Source: Elusimicrobia bacterium GWA2_66_18 (GTDB lineage: Bacteria; Elusimicrobiota; Elusimicrobia; UBA1565; UBA9628). From it: a DNA stretch of 64,000 bases. Each line of letters starts with the position of its first letter. Within the stretch, counting starts at the first letter, position 1. Positions 57,037-64,000 of this stretch are shown piece after piece. The notes beneath the pieces are model-generated. The model saw nothing but the letters and a program-made list of their open reading frames with translations, was not told the DNA's origin and made no database searches. Both the position numbers and the translations under genes were made by a program. The stretch is taken from assembly GCA_001799675.1 (NCBI GenBank), contig MGTX01000016.1, positions 9,876 through 73,875 on the forward strand. Reading direction: 5' to 3'.

Positions 57037-59982
57037 ATGAACCGGGACGAAGGCATCGTGCTCATCGAGTTCGTCGCCCTGGGACGATTTAATGTCGCCG
57101 GCGAATTCCCGTTCATCCACGCCTGGCTGAAACACAGCTTGCATATTCCCGTCTTGTGGGTGCGTTTCGCGCTCAATCCTGATGTGCGTTTCGGCAGCCG
57201 CGAAAGCGGAATCAGCTTAAAAACCGCCGATATGGGAGCCCTCCTCAAACTGGTCCGCAATTGCGCAGCAAGACGAGCGCTTTTTAACTTTCAGCCGTCG
57301 GCGTCTCTATGGCGGAAGTTCCAGTCGGAGCATCCGCGGGTCGATGGCCGTTTTTTCTCAAGTGGGAATGCGGCGCAAGACGGGAGAGGATCGAAACGTC
57401 TGCGGCCTCTGCGGCAGGACGGCCAAACGTTGGTGCGCTGGCTGGGTCTTAAAACCGAAGAAGTGAAATCCTCCTATATGGCGGAAAAGCCCGATTTTGG
57501 CTTCATCGCGGGAAACCGTGAAGCTCGGATGATGCAGCCACTGGCGTTCGTCCACGGCGGACAGGAGTGCGTCTATCGCAAGAGTGTCGTTGGCAACCCG
57601 GCCTACGCGGGCGTCGACCTCACGGGCGCTAGGACCGAGGGATGCGCTTTCTGCGTCAGCGGGGCCGGCGTCGGCGCCGACCAACCTCGCCGCGCTCCAA
57701 CCGTCGAGGACGCGTTGCGTCAGATCGATGCATTCTTCCGCACGTATCCACTGCACGACGTCCGTTCGCGCCCTAGGCTGAGGATGTCGGGGCAACAGCT
57801 GCTCCTTGAGGTCGAAACGCTGACCGCACGCATGTCTCAACTCGATTTTCCCCCCTGCGACCTGCTGTTTGACGCGCGCATAGACTACCTGCTGAAGTTA
57901 AAGGACCGATTAGCGGGGTCGGCCAAGCGCCTGAAGGGCACCGGCCACAAAGTCCATATCTGTCTTGTCGGATTGGAGAATTTTTCGTTCTCCGAGCTTC
58001 AACGGATGAACAAGGGAATCACCCCGGCCCAGAGCCTTGCCGCGATCCGCATTCTGCGAGACATTGAACGAGCCTACCCGGAAGAATTCGGCTTTGAGGA
58101 ACACGGCGGTCTTTCGACTATTTTTTTTACGCCCTGGACCACGCTCGATGACCTGGCTCTGAACTTCTCCATCGTAAGCCATTTCCGACTCGAGAGCCTA
58201 TGCGGAAAGAGACTGACGTCACGGGTCCGGCTCTACGATGGGTTGCCTCTGACGGCTCTCGCCCGGCACGACGGGCTCATCGTCAACCGCTATGACGACG
58301 CAACGTTCGACACGGCACGGCTTAATTTCTACCCCGATGAGATCAAATGGAGATTCAAACATCCGGAGGTGTCGCAGATCAATCGGATCACGCTGCGCAT
58401 GGACGTCAATCCGGCCCTTGAGTCAGACCCCTTGTATGCGCGCGTGCAATCATGGCTCAAGACGACGATCGCCGCCGGCGCCTCTCAGGCGCAGTGCATC
58501 GTGGACCTCGTCGGCCGCGCGCTGTCGCACCGCGGCCCCGTCACAGCCGAGGCGCTGCTGGAGCCGCCGGCAGAGAAACCGCCATTGGAATTGTCGAATC
58601 TTTCGATGCCGGATATAGAACCCACGAAAAGCCTTCTCCTGAAGCTGAAGTTACAGCGCGCCGGCTTCGCCAGCGTCAGTCGTCTGGAGCACCTGGATCC
58701 CGAGTCGGCCGAACGGCTTGGCCGGCAACTGAGAGAGAAAGGCGGCGAGGTCATCGTCGTGCCGCGGCGCCAAGGAGACGCCTCCAAAAAAACGTGGGAT
58801 GTTTTTTTCGGCCCGCGCTCCGGCGATGTGGCGGAGGCGGCCCGTTTAACGAACGTGCAATACGCCTCAGCGAGTAATACTAAGACGAGCGCCGCCAAGC
58901 GGCGCATTGGGGAGTTGTACGGCTATCCTAAGTGTTGCGCCCGAGCCTTCGCCTCGTTTCGTTGTTCCTCGCCTTACTTGAACGAGTGGATGATCCTGCT
59001 TCGTCGCTGCGAACATCCGGGGCCGATCGACCCGCTCCTCAATCCATTTTCCGGTCACGTCATCTATGTCCCCTGTTCGGTGCGCTGCCAAACGAGCATC
59101 CGGCGCTCCCGAGAGCTCCTCAAACTGTCCTCCCGCGCGTCTCATGACCCCGTGAAGGCCTCGCTTAAACATCCCTTTTTATTTCTCCTCGACCGGATCG
59201 GGGAATATGTCGAGTTGATCCCGCAGGGAGCGGTGAGCGGGAGTTTTGATTTTATAGCCGGGGTCATTAAAGGGCATGATCCAGAGCTTCTCGCCCTGGC
59301 CGGGGGCGGGACAATCACCATCGCCGAAGGGATCATCGTTGTCCACCGCGATGGCGTGCGGGTGGCAAGCTTTATAATGCGGGCGGCGGTCTGGTGGCAT
59401 CAGCAGGCCTTCGACTTTGAGTTCTGGCGCGAGTGTTCCGCGGAAATTCTTGAGCGTCTTCCCGAGACGACGCGCCCCTCGGAAACCGTTGAGCCGGTTT
59501 CCAGGCCTCCCGCAAAGCCTCCCCCCCAAGCCGCTGAAGCGAAAAAAGAGAAGCCTCCCGCGCCGCAGAAGACGACGGCCGCAGTCGACACAGCTTGGCG
59601 CCTATTTCTGGCCGACTTGGATGCCCAGTTTCACCGCAGCCAGCACAGCCCCTGCCGAAGCCGTTATGACGGAGAGATTCTGTCCGTGTCTTTGGGGAAC
59701 AAGAGTTTGCCCCTGTTCCCGGTCTCGAAGGATTCGCCCTGCAGCGCCTACTATGCGCAGACCCCCAACTTTTACATCTGCATCCGCGGCAAGAGCAAGA
59801 TGTCGGATTCAGAGCAGCGCCATCTGCGGATCTATCTGGAGATGCTGTCTCAACGTGATGAGCTGCTCAAAGTCCTCCTCCGTTCCGCAAAAATTTCGGG
59901 CGCACATTCCGCCAAAATCCGCCTCACCCGAGCGGCGCAACCCGGCCCTCCCCGAACGCGGATGCCTCCAGAGCGTTCCTGA
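57037..59982 (+). CDS. Radical-SAM-like protein with non-canonical Cys motif (paralog 3; 981 aa with a Cys-rich C-terminal extension)
   Basis: GGQECVYRKSVVGNPAYAGVDL...GCAFC, GLENFSFSELQRMNKGIT, FTPWTTLDD, KWRFKHPE. Extra C-terminal ~450 aa including YGYPKCCARAF...CSVRC. Confidence 0.55.
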   Translation: MNRDEGIVLIEFVALGRFNVAGEFPFIHAWLKHSLHIPVLWVRFALNPDVRFGSRESGISLKTADMGALLKLVRNCAARRALFNFQPSASLWRKFQSEHPRVDGRFFSSGNAAQDGRGSKRLRPLRQDGQTLVRWLGLKTEEVKSSYMAEKPDFGFIAGNREARMMQPLAFVHGGQECVYRKSVVGNPAYAGVDLTGARTEGCAFCVSGAGVGADQPRRAPTVEDALRQIDAFFRTYPLHDVRSRPRLRMSGQQLLLEVETLTARMSQLDFPPCDLLFDARIDYLLKLKDRLAGSAKRLKGTGHKVHICLVGLENFSFSELQRMNKGITPAQSLAAIRILRDIERAYPEEFGFEEHGGLSTIFFTPWTTLDDLALNFSIVSHFRLESLCGKRLTSRVRLYDGLPLTALARHDGLIVNRYDDATFDTARLNFYPDEIKWRFKHPEVSQINRITLRMDVNPALESDPLYARVQSWLKTTIAAGASQAQCIVDLVGRALSHRGPVTAEALLEPPAEKPPLELSNLSMPDIEPTKSLLLKLKLQRAGFASVSRLEHLDPESAERLGRQLREKGGEVIVVPRRQGDASKKTWDVFFGPRSGDVAEAARLTNVQYASASNTKTSAAKRRIGELYGYPKCCARAFASFRCSSPYLNEWMILLRRCEHPGPIDPLLNPFSGHVIYVPCSVRCQTSIRRSRELLKLSSRASHDPVKASLKHPFLFLLDRIGEYVELIPQGAVSGSFDFIAGVIKGHDPELLALAGGGTITIAEGIIVVHRDGVRVASFIMRAAVWWHQQAFDFEFWRECSAEILERLPETTRPSETVEPVSRPPAKPPPQAAEAKKEKPPAPQKTTAAVDTAWRLFLADLDAQFHRSQHSPCRSRYDGEILSVSLGNKSLPLFPVSKDSPCSAYYAQTPNFYICIRGKSKMSDSEQRHLRIYLEMLSQRDELLKVLLRSAKISGAHSAKIRLTRAAQPGPPRTRMPPERS

Positions 59983-60004
59983 GTCGCCGGGAGAAAACAA
60001 CGAC

Positions 60005-61993
60005 ATGCGCCTGATGCTGATCGAATTCTTTCGAGGAGCTCTCCGCCGCAACGAGCGGAGCATGATCTTCCCGTTCCTCAAGGGACTGGCGCGGGAGCGC
60101 GGCTTCAAGACGCTCTGGCTCTGCTACGGGGGAGACATGGCGCATCAGGACGGCGCCGCCGTGGGACGCACGCTCTTCGCCGCGCTGCCGGACGAGGACC
60201 TTCGTTCGCTCGCCCGGCGCCTGGAGCGATTTCGCCCCAGCCACGTGGTGACCAGCGACCGCATGAGCCGCGGGGCGACGGAAATCCTAGCGTCGCGCAC
60301 GCCGCCGCCTAAGCATCTCGTCATGCCGCTGACAGACGAACTGCCGGGAGGCTACGATCAGCGCGGCGACTTCGCCCATTGCGGCTGGTTTCTCGACTGG
60401 CTGGGCTGCGGTGATCCTGCGGCCTCTCGGCGCTACATCGCCGAGCATCCCGCCCCCGATTACTCCGCCGTGCTGGCCAACAAGGCTGCGCGCCGCGCTA
60501 AGCCGCAGATCACTATCGTCAGCGGGACGCTGTGCGCGTATCGGCGCACTTTGGCGGGCAACCCGTATTTCGAAGACGTAAACCTCGGCGGGGAGGCTCA
60601 TCGAGGATGTTCATTCTGCTTGTGCTCGACCATCCCCCCCGTCACGGCGCCGCAAACGCCGATTCTACCCCTCATAGAGACCCAGTTCCGAAGGATATTG
60701 CAGACCGCCGGCAAGGCCGGCCGGAACAAGGGTCGCTACGAGTTCTTCGACATCCGCGCGTTCTGGAAGTTCGACGAGCTCTTTCAGCTCCTCCTGCGCC
60801 TGAAGGTGCCTCCGTCGATATTCCTCTTCAATCCCCGCATCGACGACGTCCTTCGCCAGCGCGTCCGCATCGAGCGCGTCCTGCCGGCGCTGGCGAAAGC
60901 CGGCCATCAGGTCCGGATGCTGAGCATGGGCGTGGAAAACTTTTCCGAGAACGAAAACGCGCGCTTCAACAAGAGGATCGTCCTGGAGCAGGTGGATGAG
61001 TTCCTCGCCATGACGAAGGAATGGGAGAGCGCCTATCCCGGCGTCTTCCGGCCCTTCAAAGCGGGAAACGCCGCCGCCGAACTCGGGTTCATCCTGTTCA
61101 CCCCTTGGACGACTCTCGCCGACGTCCGCGTCAACCTGGACGCCGCGACCTCCCGAGGCTTCCCCAACTGCGGCTACTGGCTGTATTCGATCCTGCTCCT
61201 CGATTCCGCGACTCCCATATTCCACTTGGCGGAGAAGGAAGGGGACGTGCTGACAGACCGGTTCCCGGACCCCGGTCAGTTTTACGGATTGTTCAAGAAC
61301 GAAGGGCAACTCGAGGATGTGCGCCCCTGGCGCTTCAAGGACGCGAAAGTCGCGGATTATTTCGCCCTGCTTGTGCGCGTCTGCGCCGCCGAGCGTGAGG
61401 GGAAAGACTGCGCCCATTTCCGCGACGACCCTGTTTTCTCCCTGGCCGAGCGCCTCTACCGTGAGGCGAACGAACCCCCTGCCGCCGCGACCAAACCGCT
61501 GCAGATCGCATTCTCCCTGCTCGAACTGATGGAAACGGCGCGCCCGCCTTTCTGCCGCGAGACGCTTCTCCAGGAGGCCGTCGCCCGCGCGGCGGCGCTC
61601 ACGGCGGCGCGGCGCGCGGCGTCCGCGCCTCCGCCCCCGCTCTCCGTCAGGGGCAAAGCCATCGAGCGCGTCGTGGACCTGCTGCGCGCCGCCCGCCCCG
61701 GGATGTTCGCCGGCATGGAGTTCGAGTCAGTCCGGGAAGTCGTCCTGCGGGGCTCGCGCAGCATTCTTCTCACCTTATCGATGTCCGGCCGGAAGCTGGT
61801 CGTGGCTCTACGGGACGCGCGTTCCCATAAGCCGTGTTTTCTCCGGTCGCGCCGATTCCGGGCCTCTTATCTTAAGGATTCGCCCACCCCCTCGCCACGC
61901 GAGCGCCAGCAACTAGCGCAGCTCCTCCGTCTCCTCGACGCCGGCGTCAGTCGCCGAGAATCTCCTCGGGCAGGCGGCCGAACTTCGTCTTGA
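60005..61993 (+). CDS. Radical-SAM-like protein with non-canonical Cys motif (paralog 4)
   Basis: Start at MRLMLIEFF (ATG 60005), which aligns with the N-termini of the other paralogs. SGTLCAYRRTLAGNPYFEDVNL...GCSFC, GVENFSENENARFNKRIV, FTPWTTLAD, PWRFKD. The track ORF from 59417 is an upstream artefactual extension. Confidence 0.55.
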   Translation: MRLMLIEFFRGALRRNERSMIFPFLKGLARERGFKTLWLCYGGDMAHQDGAAVGRTLFAALPDEDLRSLARRLERFRPSHVVTSDRMSRGATEILASRTPPPKHLVMPLTDELPGGYDQRGDFAHCGWFLDWLGCGDPAASRRYIAEHPAPDYSAVLANKAARRAKPQITIVSGTLCAYRRTLAGNPYFEDVNLGGEAHRGCSFCLCSTIPPVTAPQTPILPLIETQFRRILQTAGKAGRNKGRYEFFDIRAFWKFDELFQLLLRLKVPPSIFLFNPRIDDVLRQRVRIERVLPALAKAGHQVRMLSMGVENFSENENARFNKRIVLEQVDEFLAMTKEWESAYPGVFRPFKAGNAAAELGFILFTPWTTLADVRVNLDAATSRGFPNCGYWLYSILLLDSATPIFHLAEKEGDVLTDRFPDPGQFYGLFKNEGQLEDVRPWRFKDAKVADYFALLVRVCAAEREGKDCAHFRDDPVFSLAERLYREANEPPAAATKPLQIAFSLLELMETARPPFCRETLLQEAVARAAALTAARRAASAPPPPLSVRGKAIERVVDLLRAARPGMFAGMEFESVREVVLRGSRSILLTLSMSGRKLVVALRDARSHKPCFLRSRRFRASYLKDSPTPSPRERQQLAQLLRLLDAGVSRRESPRAGGRTSS

Positions 61994-62085
61994 ACCAGCG
62001 CAGGCAACATTCACGAACGCATATGTTACCATGAACTCCCAATGGACATCGCCCACGGCCGATGATCGCTCGCACGCCGGAAAAG

Positions 62086-64000
62086 TTTGTTTTTTTTCGG
62101 TAAGGGTGGGAGCGGCAAGTCGACCCTTTCGTCGAACCTGAGCGCGATTTACGCCCGCTCCGGCTTGAGCGTCTTGCATGTCGGCTGCGACCCCAAGCGC
62201 GACTCGACCGTCCTGCTCGTCGAGCGCCCCAAAGCCAGGACGATCCTGACCCCGCGGGGAGAATATCTCGGGATCGCTCCGGCATCGGAGTTCCTGATGC
62301 GCAGCCGTCTCGGGCTGGACTGCATCGAGGCCGGCGGACCTGAGCCGGGAGTCGGGTGCGCGGGCCGGGGAATCAGCAAGATGATCGAGGTCCTCCAGCG
62401 GGATCGAATCATCGAACGCGGGGGCTATGAGATCGTCGTCTTTGACGTGCTGGGAGACGTGGTCTGCGGCGGCTTCGCCGCGCCCCTGCGCCTCGGGTTC
62501 GGCGAAAAAGTCGTGATCGTCGTAAGCGAGGAGGCGATGTCGCTTTACGCCGCCAACAACATCGCGCATGCGGTCCGCAACTACGCGTCCAACGGCGTCG
62601 GACTCTGCGGTCTCCTCGCCAATCTCCGCGACCCCGCCGCCGACATCGGACTCATCGAGCGCTTCGCGCGCCGCATCGGCACCACGCTTGTTGGAGTCGT
62701 GAGCCGTGATCTCGCCTTCCGCGAAGCGGAATACCGCGAGCGCTGCCTGACGGAGATCGCGCCGCGCTCGAAAGCCCTGCGAAATCTAGAGAGGATCGCC
62801 AAGCGACTGCGGACCTCGGATCGACGCAAGCTCACGGCACCGACGCCCTTAACTGAATCCGAATTCTACGAAGCAAGCCGCCGCCGCTTCACCTTCAATG
62901 GGCGACGGCGTCCGGTCCCCGCGGTGTCCGTTGCGGCTCCGACCCCCGGCGGGACGGCCGGCCCGCCCGCAGAGCCTGCGCCTACGCGACCCGAGCGCCC
63001 GGCCGGGCCTCCAGGCACGCCAACGCCGGCGGCAGAGGAAGGCGCGGCGTCGGGCCGGCCCCCTCCCTATAGCCGCTGGATGATGTGGACGTGGGGCGTG
63101 GACGAGCAGTGGCGCCAATTCTTCGCGAACCCGGAGCTTGAACTCCTTTCGGCAAAACCGCTCTTGCGCAATGTCGCCTACGTCGTGCAGAAGGAGTTGG
63201 AGTGTTTCTTCGTCGAGGCGCGAACCGACGATGGAAGCGCGAATTTTTTCAACCACCCCTGGCCCGATCATTGCTCGGCCGGCCTGCCCCTTGCCTCCGA
63301 ACTCAGGCAGCTCGGCTGCCGCCAGATCGTATCCGACATCAAGGACGGTGAGATCATCCTCGGCGGCGCCCGAAAGCTGGAAACGGTCATGTCCGGCCTC
63401 GTCCGGGAACCGGGCGCGACCGAGTTGACGGTATTCCTCACCTCGTGCCCCGCGGTCGTCATTGGCGACGATAATGCCTCGGTCATCGAGCGCTTCCGTC
63501 TCCGGTCGGGCCTCCCCACCCTCTTCCCCGATCGCGATGCGGACCAGCACACGGACCTGCTGGGGGACCTCTTCACGCTCGCGTGCAAAAGAGGCCGACC
63601 GGCCTCTAAACCGGAGGGCCCCCGCCTCAACCTCGTCGGCTTCCCCCGGGACCGCACCCTCGTCGAGCTGACCCGGCTGCTCGGCGACCTGGGAATTACG
63701 GTCAACAGCTGCCTGCTTCCCGAGTTCGACCTCGAGAGCATCTCCCGCTATCGGGACGCCGATCTCCAGGTCGTGAGGCCTCACCGCGCCTACGAGGGGG
63801 TCCAGGCGGAGATCCTCGATAAACTCGCGATCCCGACGCTCCTCATCGAGCCCCCCTACGGGATGGGAGGCGCCCGCCGTTGGTTGAGCGAGATCGCGAA
63901 GTTTTTCGATCTCCAAAACCGCTGCGAGGAACTCTGGGCCGAGCGATGGTCGGGATCTCGGCAAAGGTGGGAGGCGCTGAGGCGTCGAGCGTGCGACCAC
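62086..64000 (+). CDS. Fourth NifH-like ATPase fused to a NifD-like domain (second HD fusion). Partial: continues beyond the window end
   Basis: Manual translation: (TTG)FFFGKGGSGKSTLSSNL...CDPKRDST...GVGCAGRGI...DVLGDVVCGGFAAP, then a Pro/Ala-rich linker and a WMMWTWGVDEQWRQFF block paralogous to the 38143..40443 linker/NifD domain. No ATG in frame; the start is either TTG 62086 or the ATG at 62061 after a shift within the T8 homopolymer. Confidence 0.7.

Noticed and set aside
59417-60004. 196-codon N-terminal extension of paralog 4
   Set aside because: Pro/Arg/Ser-rich, overlaps the C-terminus of paralog 3 in another frame. All four paralogs align from the MRLMLIEFF-type N-terminus at 60005.

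Overview
High-GC (~66%) bacterial window, probably from an uncultivated anaerobe. The sequence contains no rRNA, tRNA or CRISPR array. Working from the start, it holds: (i) a partial complex-I/hydrogenase-4 antiporter-like membrane subunit. (ii) Insertion-sequence remnants. (iii) A divergent gene pair that looks like a split methionine synthase fed by a quaternary-amine methyl donor: an MttB-family methyltransferase with an APC-family permease on one strand, and a corrinoid protein, an Hcy-domain methyltransferase and a MetH-activation-domain protein on the other. (iv) Secreted and hypothetical proteins. (v) Two promoters with an identical extended -10 box driving the same ~70-nt conserved leader in front of a small basic protein and an ABC-F ATPase. 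(vi) A minus-strand two-component/second-messenger operon (hybrid HK, RR, HK, REC-adenylate cyclase, GAF-HD-GYP). (vii) cspA, arfB, an rlmM-like gene, ackA and cell-envelope glycosylation genes. (viii) From ~28.7 kb to the window end (>35 kb), a very unusual supercluster. It encodes four NifH-like ATPases (two fused in cis to NifD-like domains), four NifD/E-like and three NifK/N-like paralogs, five radical-SAM enzymes with SPASM/twitch-like Cys-rich C-termini (one fused to a tetrapyrrole-methylase-like domain, one to a TM helix plus Sel1 repeats), four large paralogs of a radical-SAM-like family with a non-canonical C-x23-C-x2-C motif, TPR proteins, a SAM methyltransferase and an SGNH hydrolase. 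This looks like an undescribed nitrogenase-like reductase/radical-SAM system, most plausibly a pathway that builds a novel tetrapyrrole-like cofactor; extensive peptide or other small-molecule tailoring is the alternative. Many long ORFs in the supplied track are GC-driven antisense or alternate-frame artefacts and are not called.
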